Shown: piece after piece, positions 45,615 to 53,975 of the stretch
Layout: each line of letters starts with the position of its first letter
Numbering within the stretch: position 1 is the first letter of the stretch
NCBI GenBank assembly: GCA_021808925.1
Contig: JAKBAR010000003.1
Coordinates: 1-53,975 of the forward strand
Origin: Pseudomonadota bacterium
GTDB lineage: Bacteria; Pseudomonadota; Alphaproteobacteria; Paracaedibacterales; JAKBAR01
Length of the DNA: 53,975 nt
Reading direction: 5' to 3'
The notes under the pieces: model-generated
Told to the model about the DNA's origin: nothing
Database searches by the model: none
The model's input: only the letters and a program-made list of their open reading frames with translations
Made by a program: the position numbers and the translations under genes

Positions 45615-47069
45615 TTAGTGCACTTGATCCTCAATCCATTGGTAGAGAAGGCGCACACCAAACCCTGTGGCGCCCTTATCAAAAAGGTTTGATGCCTTTG
45701 TGCTCCAGACTGTTCCTGCAATATCAAGATGCGCCCAGGGCGTTTTATTCACAAAATACTCTAAAAACTGTGCAGCCGTAATGCTTCCAGCCCCCACCCC
45801 GTAATCAGAGTTTTTAACATCCGCCTGGTCAGCTCTAATGGCCTTTGCAAACTCTGCATCCATTGGAAGCGGCCATATTTTTTCTTTGGTTGTTGCACTC
45901 GCCGCCTGAAGGCTCTGAGCCAGCCCCTCATGATTGCTAAAAAGCCCTGCATAACGGTACCCGAGCGCCACAACAATAGCACCCGTGAGTGTCGCTAAAT
46001 CCACCATATATTTAGGTTTGAAACGCTCTTGAGTATACCAAAGCGCATCCGCAAGAACCAGGCGCCCTTCCGCGTCGGTATTAATCACCTCAACAGTTTG
46101 CCCCGAGAGCGACTTCACAATATCTCCAGGGCGTTGCGCAGAGCCTGACGGCATATTTTCCACAAGCCCCATCACACCAATAACATTCGCTTTTACTTTA
46201 TTTTTAGCCACAGCATGCAACACACCCGCCACAACGGCCGAGCCTCCCATGTCGTGCTTCATATCCTCCATTTTATTCGCAGGTTTGATTGAGATTCCGC
46301 CACTATCAAAAGTAACTCCTTTGCCCACAATGGCCAGTGGCGCTTCCCCTTTTTTGCCGCCATGCCACTGCAAAACAACAAATCTTGCTTCATGCACACT
46401 TCCCTGTGCCACGCCCAAAAGAGTATTAAATCCCATTTTTTCAAGTTGCGCCGCATTATAAATCTCAACCTCGAGCCCCTCTTTTTCAAAAGCTTTGATG
46501 CGATTCGCGTACGACTCAGGATACAAAACGTTTGCAGGCTCCGAAGAAAGTTCCCGCGCCATAACAACGCTTTCATAGATAGCATTCAAGCGAGTAAAAG
46601 TTTTTTCAGCTGACTTCACATCCGCAGCAGCAACATCAAGTTTCTTGGGTTGATGATTTTTACGGTCTTCTTTTGTAATATATTTATCAAAGGACCACGA
46701 GCGCAATTTATAGCCATAGGCAAACTCTGCTGCTTTGTCTGCCGCCATCACACTCTCAACAAGCACTGTGACCGTGTCTTTTTTAAGGGGATTTGCACGC
46801 GCGGCTACTTTGCCACCCAGCTCGATCACATCCTCCACTTCCCCCACAAGGATAACATGCGTAACATTTTTTAACTCAACGGGTGCAGTCAGGCAAAGGG
46901 GCTCATCCAATTTATCTTTCTTTTCGCGCTGATCTAAAAAGTGCGTCAGAAAATGACCGTGTTTAGCATCCAATTCCTTTGCCGTTTTTGTCAATTTGTG
47001 ATCTTTATCGACACCTAAAACAAGAATACCTTTGGGCGAGACGGACGGCTCAATAAAATGTACTTGCAT
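45615..47069 (-). CDS. pepA: leucyl aminopeptidase (M17)
   Basis: M17 catalytic motifs VGKGVTFDSGGISIK and NTDAEGRLVLADAL. 484 aa. Confidence 0.92.
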   Translation of the reverse strand: MQVHFIEPSVSPKGILVLGVDKDHKLTKTAKELDAKHGHFLTHFLDQREKKDKLDEPLCLTAPVELKNVTHVILVGEVEDVIELGGKVAARANPLKKDTVTVLVESVMAADKAAEFAYGYKLRSWSFDKYITKEDRKNHQPKKLDVAAADVKSAEKTFTRLNAIYESVVMARELSSEPANVLYPESYANRIKAFEKEGLEVEIYNAAQLEKMGFNTLLGVAQGSVHEARFVVLQWHGGKKGEAPLAIVGKGVTFDSGGISIKPANKMEDMKHDMGGSAVVAGVLHAVAKNKVKANVIGVMGLVENMPSGSAQRPGDIVKSLSGQTVEVINTDAEGRLVLADALWYTQERFKPKYMVDLATLTGAIVVALGYRYAGLFSNHEGLAQSLQAASATTKEKIWPLPMDAEFAKAIRADQADVKNSDYGVGAGSITAAQFLEYFVNKTPWAHLDIAGTVWSTKASNLFDKGATGFGVRLLYQWIEDQVH

Positions 47070-47212
47070 AAAAAAATCCTAAAATATTTTAAATAATATT
47101 AGATTAATTTAAATGCCCACAGAGAGCAAGGTTTTTAGAGTTGTATTTTCATCACAACCACAGGCGAGTATTGACAAAAATCTTTTATTCTTAATGATTT
47201 CACTCAAAAAAA

Positions 47213-48205
47213 ATGATTAGGATGAGGCAAGTAAAACTAATAATATTTTTCGTGTTTTTCGTGATCTCCTCTTTTTTTTCACTGAGTGCTCTCTTTTTTT
47301 ATGCATCCTCTGTTATTGCATCAACAACAACGACCATACCACCAAATGCGCCTTCTCAAACACATATATCTCAACAGCCCCCTGCTACGGCCCCAACACC
47401 AATAAATAGGGCAGAACCTGTTTCCCATAAGGCGACCTATGATGTGACGTTTGAGTGCGATCCTCAATCGGATTTCGCCCATGCGGATGGCACCATGACA
47501 ATGGAAATCATCCGTTATATTGATCACTGGATTATGAAACAGAGTTCAGCATTGAAAATTAGTATTCCCGGCATTGACGAGACGGAGACAACTTCGACAA
47601 CTATTACCTCCATCGAAGATCACAAAGGGCTTAATTATACATTCACTGCCCAAGCTCTACGTGATGACAATATTGATGAATCCATCAATGGGCGTGGACG
47701 TCTTGCCGGCGAGGAAGGTGCAGGAACAGTTATGTATGAAGGCCCAGAACCTTTGACGGTGAATCTCCCTGAAAAAACATATTTTCCCATTCAACATCTT
47801 AAACTTCTTATGCAAGAAGCAAAGTCACTTCCTCCCAAATCTTTTAAAATGGTTAAAGCCATTGTTTTTGATGGAAGCAGTGATGTCAGAGAAGCTGTGC
47901 GTGTTGAGGCGATTTTAACAGCCGTAGACCCTCAGTCTAAATTCATAGGCGTCAGTGATCCTAATATTCTTAAATCCCACAAACTTTGGCGCGCAGAAAT
48001 GAGTGTTTACAACATCTCGGAAGATAACTCTCCCCATACATACTCAGAGCCTGAGTATAAAATTATTCAAATTTTCTCGGAACAAGGCATTATCTATAAA
48101 ATGACCGTGGATTATGGTGACTATAAAATGCACTCTATTCTGAAAGAAGTGGTTGTTTTTACCGATGAGCACAGTGCAGAAACAGCGCTTAAAATGGGCG
48201 CTTGA
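47213..48205 (+). CDS. DUF1849 (EipB-like) family periplasmic protein
   Basis: Signal/TM segment, with ATYDVTF.. and LPEKTYFPIQHLKLLMQEAK....VKAIVFDGSSD blocks that resemble the alphaproteobacteria-restricted DUF1849 family. Confidence 0.55.
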   Translation: MIRMRQVKLIIFFVFFVISSFFSLSALFFYASSVIASTTTTIPPNAPSQTHISQQPPATAPTPINRAEPVSHKATYDVTFECDPQSDFAHADGTMTMEIIRYIDHWIMKQSSALKISIPGIDETETTSTTITSIEDHKGLNYTFTAQALRDDNIDESINGRGRLAGEEGAGTVMYEGPEPLTVNLPEKTYFPIQHLKLLMQEAKSLPPKSFKMVKAIVFDGSSDVREAVRVEAILTAVDPQSKFIGVSDPNILKSHKLWRAEMSVYNISEDNSPHTYSEPEYKIIQIFSEQGIIYKMTVDYGDYKMHSILKEVVVFTDEHSAETALKMGA

Positions 48206-48303
48206 ATGTGCATGAATATAAAAAGTATTTTATTAAAATAAAATGTAAAATTATCTTTTGATAAAGTTTTCTAAATTAATATGAGATTTAGATACCTCTA
48301 TTT

Positions 48304-48975
48304 TTGTTATTTTTCTTGCTTCTCATTCTGATTATTTTCTGGACAACGTATGCCTGTGGAACAGATGAAACGATCACTGCACGCCTGAGCAAAACTAATA
48401 ATATCTGCGAGCGTCGGATTGTTGAGCTGTGCAAAGAAAGTTTATGCCCCTCCTATTGCACCTATAGTTATAAAAAAAATGATCCAACAGATGAAGTTAT
48501 GCTGAGGGAATGTTTCATCCGATGCAAGACTGATCTCTGCACAATAAAATCAACCCCAGATCCTTTTAATGCCCCCCTTGACGGTCAGCTCCGTGATCAG
48601 TTGGTTGTCTGCATGAACGATCTGCCGAAGGAAAAAGATAAGGACGGAGAGGATCACGCTTGGGTAAAATTTCGCACAAAAGATTTTGCAAATCTTGAAA
48701 AACAACTCAAAGCACGAGAAGAAAATCTTGAAAAACAAAAAAAACAAGATGCAGCTACGAAAAAAATTGCGCCTCCTCCTTTAAAAGAGCCAGAGGAAAA
48801 CAATTACTGCGGCGTCAGCAGGAAAAAATTAGAGGAAATTACATCAAAAACGGTTAAAACTGAAACATCTTCCCCCGCAAAGACAGAGTCTCCCTCATCT
48901 TTTGTGATGGGAATCGTTGAGACATCTAAGAGAAAAATCTCTGTAGATAGCGTGCCAACTCATACGCCCGAGTAA
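48304..48975 (+). CDS. hypothetical Cys-rich secreted protein
   Basis: 223-aa ORF with a TTG start and a hydrophobic N-terminus. It has 10 Cys in the first ~110 residues and a charged K/E/T-rich C-terminal half. No recognised domain. Confidence 0.35.
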   Translation: MLFFLLLILIIFWTTYACGTDETITARLSKTNNICERRIVELCKESLCPSYCTYSYKKNDPTDEVMLRECFIRCKTDLCTIKSTPDPFNAPLDGQLRDQLVVCMNDLPKEKDKDGEDHAWVKFRTKDFANLEKQLKAREENLEKQKKQDAATKKIAPPPLKEPEENNYCGVSRKKLEEITSKTVKTETSSPAKTESPSSFVMGIVETSKRKISVDSVPTHTPE

Positions 48976-49212
48976 TAAAAAAACTAGTTTAAAAAATTTA
49001 TATGTAGAAAAAAGTAAGTCTATGGATAGGCTTCTTGATGAAGAGGACGTGCCTTTTATCGATGCATCAAGCCCCTCAATGGCCATGGTGAGGACCAGTT
49101 GCATTTTTCCTACAGCTAATAGATTTACAGCAGACCAAGAGAAAATCCCCACACTTGGGAATTTTGAAAAAACATCAAAAAAGAATCTGAGGATTAACTC
49201 TAAAAATTTTTT

Positions 49213-49250
49213 AATAAAAAAACCAGCAGGATGTTACTCGCGCTGGTTTT
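49213..49250 (-). terminator. rho-independent terminator downstream of rpsA
   Basis: The minus strand reads AACCAGC-(14 nt)-GCTGGTT followed by TTTTTTATT. The arms lie at 49221-49227 and 49242-49248. Confidence 0.6.
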
Positions 49251-49270
49251 CTTGGAAATGATAAATCGGT

Positions 49271-50974
49271 TTAGTCTTCTTTAGGTGTTTTTTTCGCCTT
49301 CATCGCAGCACCAAGAATATCACCAAGGCTTGCACCTGAATCAGATGATCCAAACTCAGCCATTGCTTTTTCTTCTTCTTCGATCTCTAAAGCCTTCACA
49401 GACAATGCGATTTTGCGGCTGTTTTTATCGATCGTCATGATTTTAGCATCGATTTTTTCGCCCTGTGCAAAACGATCTGTGCGTTGATACTCACGGTCAC
49501 GGGAAAGATCCGCTTTCTTAATATGGCCCGAGAGACCATTGGCGAGCGTTACATCAATACCACGATCGAGAATTGCCGCAACAGTCACCGTCACAACATC
49601 CCCCTTTTTAATGCCTTCCAATGCAGAACCAAAAGGATCCTCTTGAAGTTGTTTCATACCAAGGGAGATACGCTCTTTTTCTGGATCGATATCAAGCACT
49701 TTGACTTTGACACGATCACCTTTTTTGAATGCCGTAATCGCCTCATCAGGATCTTGATCCCATGATACATCTGTCAAGTGAACCATCCCGTCAAGGTCAT
49801 CAAAAACGCCGACAAAAAGACCGAATTCTGTAATATTTTTAATATCGCCTTCAAGGATACTGCCCACAGGATATTGATTCATAAATTTTTGCCAGGGGTT
49901 ATCTTGGCATTGTTTAAAGCCGAGGGAAATACGACGCTTTGTCATATCCACATCCAACACCATCACATCCACTTCTTGACCAATCGTCAGCACCTTGTTC
50001 GGATGCATATTTTTCTTTGTCCAGCTGATCTCTGTGTGATAAATCAATCCTTCGATCGCAGGCTCAAGCTCCACGAAAGCACCGTAATCAGCAATGCTTG
50101 TCACTTTTCCGTGATAGCGTTCACCAACCTTAAAGCGCTCTTCAACACCACTCCATGGATCTTCTTGTAATTGCTTCATGCCAAGGGAAATGCGTTGAGT
50201 TTCTTTGTTAAAACGAATGACCTGAACATCAATTGAATCCCCCACCTTGAGAACATCCGAAGGATGATTAATACGACGCCATGAAATATCGGTCACATGG
50301 AGCAATCCATCCACGCCACCAAGGTCAATAAAGGCACCATAATCTGTAATATTTTTAACGATACCTTGAAGCACTTGACCCTCTGTCAGATTACCAACAA
50401 GCTCTGTACGTGCTTCTGCGCGATTTTCCTCAAGGACAGAACGGCGTGAAACAACGATATTTGAACGTGTTTTATCCATTTTAAGAATTTTAAAAGGTTG
50501 CACAATATTCATCAACGGACCAATATCACGGATCGGACGAATATCCACTTGGCTTCCTGGCAAGAACGCGATCGCGCCATTAATGTCCACAGCAAAACCA
50601 CCCTTGACCTTGCCAAAAATAGTTCCGTTGACGAGTGTACCCTTTTGGCTTGCCTCATCAAGGATGTTCCAAACTGCCTCACGTTTTGCTTTTTCAACGC
50701 TGAGTATAGCTTCACCATTACGGTCTTCCATGCGCTCAACATAGACATCAACAACATCGCCTACACGAACTTCTAAAGGTTGGCCAGGCATTGCAAAGTC
50801 CTTAAGGGCAACACGACCTTCGGACTTTAATCCAATGTCAATCGTTGCCATGTCATTATGAATGCCGACAACAGTACCTTTAACAACGCTGCCTTCGAAG
50901 CTTTTGCGTCCGGCCAGATCCATCTCGAGAAGATCGGCAAAACTTTCTTTGTGGGATGAGTGTGATTTATCCAT
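49271..50974 (-). CDS. rpsA: 30S ribosomal protein S1
   Basis: 567-aa ORF made of six S1 (OB-fold) repeats (e.g. GTVVGI.., GIVKNITDYGAFIDLGGVDGLLHVTDISW, GKVTSIADYGAFVELE..). Confidence 0.95.
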   Translation of the reverse strand: MDKSHSSHKESFADLLEMDLAGRKSFEGSVVKGTVVGIHNDMATIDIGLKSEGRVALKDFAMPGQPLEVRVGDVVDVYVERMEDRNGEAILSVEKAKREAVWNILDEASQKGTLVNGTIFGKVKGGFAVDINGAIAFLPGSQVDIRPIRDIGPLMNIVQPFKILKMDKTRSNIVVSRRSVLEENRAEARTELVGNLTEGQVLQGIVKNITDYGAFIDLGGVDGLLHVTDISWRRINHPSDVLKVGDSIDVQVIRFNKETQRISLGMKQLQEDPWSGVEERFKVGERYHGKVTSIADYGAFVELEPAIEGLIYHTEISWTKKNMHPNKVLTIGQEVDVMVLDVDMTKRRISLGFKQCQDNPWQKFMNQYPVGSILEGDIKNITEFGLFVGVFDDLDGMVHLTDVSWDQDPDEAITAFKKGDRVKVKVLDIDPEKERISLGMKQLQEDPFGSALEGIKKGDVVTVTVAAILDRGIDVTLANGLSGHIKKADLSRDREYQRTDRFAQGEKIDAKIMTIDKNSRKIALSVKALEIEEEEKAMAEFGSSDSGASLGDILGAAMKAKKTPKED

Positions 50975-51100
50975 GATAAAATCCTAAGTGGGGTTAGTGG
51001 TTTAATTTTTGCTGTTTTTTAAGTTCTACCACCGAAGGAAAAAGCCTTTTTCTGGGACAATAAAATTCAACTCAGGAACGAGGAAAAATAAAAATAAAAC

Positions 51101-51784
51101 TTAAAAACAACGCTCAGTGACGCATTGTGACGCATTATGGCATGCTTCGTCAATAGAAAGATGGGTTGTATCGATAATAAAAGCATCGACTGCGACAGTT
51201 AAGGGATCTATTTTTCGCGTTGCATCGCGGCGGTCGCGCTCATTCATATTACGCGTGATATGCGAACTCACCTCCAGCGTTTCTTTTTTCCGACGCTCTA
51301 GGCGCACATGCTCATCAGCTGTGATATAAAATTTAGCACAAGCATTAGGAAAAACGGCCGTTGTAATATCGCGCCCATCGATGACATAGCCGACTACTCC
51401 TTCTGGAGGATTATCCACCTGTGCATAAAGCCACTGATTCACAGCCTTTCGAATCCAATCCAGCGCTGCGAGTTTTGAAGCAACATTCGCCGTTTTTTCC
51501 AAACGCAGCCGGGCGTCAGCGTCCAGTGTTTTCGGATCAATCGTTGTGATAAAGTCTTTAATTACTTCTTCATCCTTAGCTGACAAATCATCAGGATCAA
51601 GGTGATGATCCATTACATAAAGCCCCACCTGGCGGTAAATGAGACCACTATCAATATGCGCAAGATTAAATTGTGCTGCTAAATACCCCGCAATTGTTCC
51701 TTTTCCAGACCCCGAAGGCCCATCAATCGCAATCACTAGAGGCGTTTTAGACGGAAGCGTTTGGCGTATTTGAGGCTGTTGCAT
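51101..51784 (-). CDS. cmk: (d)CMP kinase
   Basis: P-loop IAIDGPSGSGKGT and the Cmk-typical DSGLIYR and DGRDITT motifs. It sits upstream of rpsA, as is widely conserved. Confidence 0.92.
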   Translation of the reverse strand: MQQPQIRQTLPSKTPLVIAIDGPSGSGKGTIAGYLAAQFNLAHIDSGLIYRQVGLYVMDHHLDPDDLSAKDEEVIKDFITTIDPKTLDADARLRLEKTANVASKLAALDWIRKAVNQWLYAQVDNPPEGVVGYVIDGRDITTAVFPNACAKFYITADEHVRLERRKKETLEVSSHITRNMNERDRRDATRKIDPLTVAVDAFIIDTTHLSIDEACHNASQCVTERCF

Positions 51785-51947
51785 AGGACGAACCTTTGAA
51801 AAATTAATAATTTTCTTTTTGAGAGTATAAAATACATCCCCCCTCAGAGAAAAGAAATTTTAGAACATTTCACAGGATACTATTGATTTCTGTCCCCTCC
51901 TGTGATTAAGCTGTGGCAAAAGTATGTCCTAAGAATGAGTCAATTTT

Positions 51948-52277
51948 ATGGTTAAAGCCGAATGGGGGATTAAACGCACGTGTCAGGCATGCAGTGCGCA
52001 TTTTTATGACCTCCAAAAATCACCGATTACATGCCCAAAATGCCATGCGCCTTACGAGCTTATCGCACCAACACGTCGTGGACGGGGGCGCCAAGCTCTG
52101 GCCCTTGAGGAGGGCAAACTGGCCGCCATTGACGACCTCGTCTTGGGTGATGCCTTGGATCTTCCCGAAGATCTTGACGATGATGCCGCTGATGCACTCA
52201 TCGAGGATGCGGATGATCTGGATGAAGGCCTTGATGATATTGATGGCCTTGATCACAACCGTGATGATGATCACTAA
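51948..52277 (+). CDS. FYDLN_acid (TIGR02300) family zinc-ribbon protein
   Basis: N-terminal WGIKRTCQACSAHFYDLQKSPITCPKCHA (CxxC...CxxC with the eponymous FYDL motif) and a strongly acidic C-terminal tail. Confidence 0.8.
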   Translation: MVKAEWGIKRTCQACSAHFYDLQKSPITCPKCHAPYELIAPTRRGRGRQALALEEGKLAAIDDLVLGDALDLPEDLDDDAADALIEDADDLDEGLDDIDGLDHNRDDDH

Positions 52278-52285
52278 AATCATTT

Positions 52286-52322
52286 AAAAAGGGGATGGCG
52301 CATACCACCCCCCCTTTTTTTT
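52286..52322. terminator. bidirectional terminator-like hairpin
   Basis: AAAAA, then GGGGATGG, loop CGCATA, CCACCCCC, followed by T9. It lies between convergent genes and has one internal mismatch. Confidence 0.5.
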
Positions 52323-52752
52323 AGTCATCTGCCTTGCACAGTTTTTTTAATTCTTCTTGAAGGCCTGAGACTCTTTCTCTGCCCTTTGTGCTGTGCTTGT
52401 CATTAGTATCAGTCAGCATCTTCATTTGGAGCCTGTCATAGATCCTGTTAAGGTCATCTTTCGTTAGCTCTTCCTTTTCGAGAGCTTTCTTCATGTCAGC
52501 CAACAGCACCCGTTCTTTTTCTTTGAATACTTTTTCTTCGTCAGAATGATTTACTACATCCCACATATTATGCATGAGTTTACCTATTAATTTATCCTTT
52601 GGGGGCTTTAAGCTTTCTCTAAGCTTTTCAATATCAGCCTCCCAGGCAAAAATAGTGCCCCTTAAATTTTTAATTTCATTTTCATAATACTCGATGGCAT
52701 TCTTGGCAGTGGAAATTTTCTCCTTAATCCCCTCCTCATCACTCGCCCTCAC
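52321..52752 (-). CDS. hypothetical coiled-coil protein
   Basis: 143-aa ORF with a non-ATG (GTG) start and charged heptad-like sequence. No recognised domain and weak coding evidence. Confidence 0.3.
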   Translation of the reverse strand: MRASDEEGIKEKISTAKNAIEYYENEIKNLRGTIFAWEADIEKLRESLKPPKDKLIGKLMHNMWDVVNHSDEEKVFKEKERVLLADMKKALEKEELTKDDLNRIYDRLQMKMLTDTNDKHSTKGRERVSGLQEELKKLCKADD

Positions 52753-53010
52753 AGGAGAAAGATTAAGTGCTACCCCCCCATATATATTAAAGACATAAGT
52801 GTCAAGATCTTTTTCATAAAATATTCTCTTTGTTAATGATTATTACACCATCTTTATACATGACAGAGAAAAGTAAAGGAAGGGTTAATCTTGCGCCATA
52901 TTTTAGGAAAAAAAGTGCATGATCACCCCCTCACAATTTGATTTTCTAGTGCATTGCGCCTCGCTCTCGCGCTATAGTGACCTCAGATTTACTCTAAAGG
53001 TTTTTGAGTC

Positions 53011-53664
53011 ATGCAATTTTTTCTTGATTCTGCAGATGTTGATGTTATTAAAAAATTGGCCCTGACTGGGCTTGTGGATGGCGTGACGACGAATCCGTCG
53101 CTTGTTCTGCAAAGCGGTTGGTCCTTTGAGGAGGCTTTGCGCGAAATTTGTGCAGCGGTGGAAGGCCCTGTGAGCGCAGAAGTTGTCGCCGCGGATTTTG
53201 AGGGCATTGTGAAAGAGGGGCTCCATCTCGCTAAAATTGCTAATAATATTGTGGTCAAGGTACCTTTGACGTTTGATGGACTTAAGGCGTGTCAGGTCTT
53301 TTGCGTTGAGGAAATTCCTGTGAATGTCACGCTTTGTTTTTCAGCGTCCCAGGCCCTTATGGCCGCAAAAGCCGGTGCGACCTTTATCTCTCCTTTTATT
53401 GGAAGATTGGATGATGCGGGGCACGATGGTCTTCACCTTATCCATGAGATTGCGCAAATCTATCGCCAGTTTGATTTTGAGACACAGATTTTAGCCGCCT
53501 CTATTCGCCATCCTCTCCATGTCATTGAGGCGGCAAAGCTTGGGTGTGACGCCGCAACGATTCCCCCCAAAATTTTTGAACAGCTGATAAAGCATCCGCT
53601 TACGGACAAAGGTCTTGAGAATTTTACAAAAGATTGGGCAAAAACAGGGCAGAAGATACTTTAA
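53011..53664 (+). CDS. tal: fructose-6-phosphate aldolase / short (type 3B) transaldolase
   Basis: [24 protein letters not shown].., the Schiff-base lysine context VVKVPLT and [10 protein letters not shown]. The 217-aa size is typical of the Fsa/TalC subfamily. Confidence 0.9.
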   Translation: MQFFLDSADVDVIKKLALTGLVDGVTTNPSLVLQSGWSFEEALREICAAVEGPVSAEVVAADFEGIVKEGLHLAKIANNIVVKVPLTFDGLKACQVFCVEEIPVNVTLCFSASQALMAAKAGATFISPFIGRLDDAGHDGLHLIHEIAQIYRQFDFETQILAASIRHPLHVIEAAKLGCDAATIPPKIFEQLIKHPLTDKGLENFTKDWAKTGQKIL

Positions 53665-53975
53665 GCGTAGAGTGGGAGAAAGAAGATTTTTCAAGGTTTC
53701 GAATTGATTTTTGAAGTTTCTGGGGATTTTTTTCTCTTAAAATCTCGATGGAAAGGGAGTTTTTCATAAAAAATAACGGAGATATTACACAATTATTCTT
53801 TAAAAAGGCACAAAAGAATGAAAAAATCTTGTAAAAAATGACTATTTTGAGGAAAATTAGAAAAATATTGCTAAAAAACTAAAAAAGAGAGCCAACCGAA
53901 CCATAATAATGATGCAAATAAAATTTTCACCTTACCTTGAGCATAGAGCAAAAACATTAAAAAAGAGTTAATTTT

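Noticed and set aside
49022-49261. 79-aa ORF in the spacer downstream of rpsA.
   Set aside because: It runs through the rpsA terminator hairpin, has no RBS-like sequence or recognisable domain, and is probably spurious.
53665-53975. The 311-bp AT-rich non-coding tail after tal, containing a TTAA-N7-TTAA match at 53957-53971.
   Set aside because: It is cut by the window end. I could see no ORF, RNA fold or repeat, and the motif alone is not informative.

Overview
The window reads as a chromosomal segment of a low-GC alphaproteobacterium. Lineage markers are a DivL-type kinase with Tyr in place of the phospho-acceptor His, a PopZ/DUF2497 homolog, a circularly permuted (two-piece) tmRNA gene beside an alpha-type sspB, a FYDLN_acid protein, a DUF1849 protein, the murJ-trpS, ybeY-corC and cmk-rpsA pairs, and argS-SPOR-nagZ synteny. 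About 40 housekeeping genes can be named: trpS, murJ, parE, trxB, yggS, gap, tolB, greA, tolC, nagZ, argS, thyX, nuoA, pepA, rpsA, cmk, tal and others, plus tRNA-Thr(UGU) and tRNA-Cys(GCA). Between them sit about ten AT-rich, Lys/Glu-rich ORFs I cannot assign to any family. Most have N-terminal signal peptides, and two carry eukaryote-like nuclear-localisation-type basic motifs. Operons that are usually intact appear as single genes here (tolB, nuoA, ccmA, znuB, mlaC). These two patterns suggest a host-associated, Holosporales/Rickettsiales-like lifestyle, but that is inference, not demonstrated. I see no CRISPR array, intact IS element or prophage. The items most worth follow-up are: (1) the permuted tmRNA, which has either a ~120-nt structured expansion or a 52-codon tag, next to sspB; (2) an operon pairing a soluble MCP-signalling-domain protein with a secreted protein ending in about 10 tandem EEEEDLN repeats; (3) a divergent CsrA-like gene directly upstream of a secreted ORFan with an NLS-like tail; (4) the thyX-to-nuoA island of secreted ORFans; (5) ybeY broken by a +1 shift in a T10 tract; (6) a Vat-type streptogramin acetyltransferase next to an MFS transporter. 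All family assignments come from motif recognition by eye. No database search was run.
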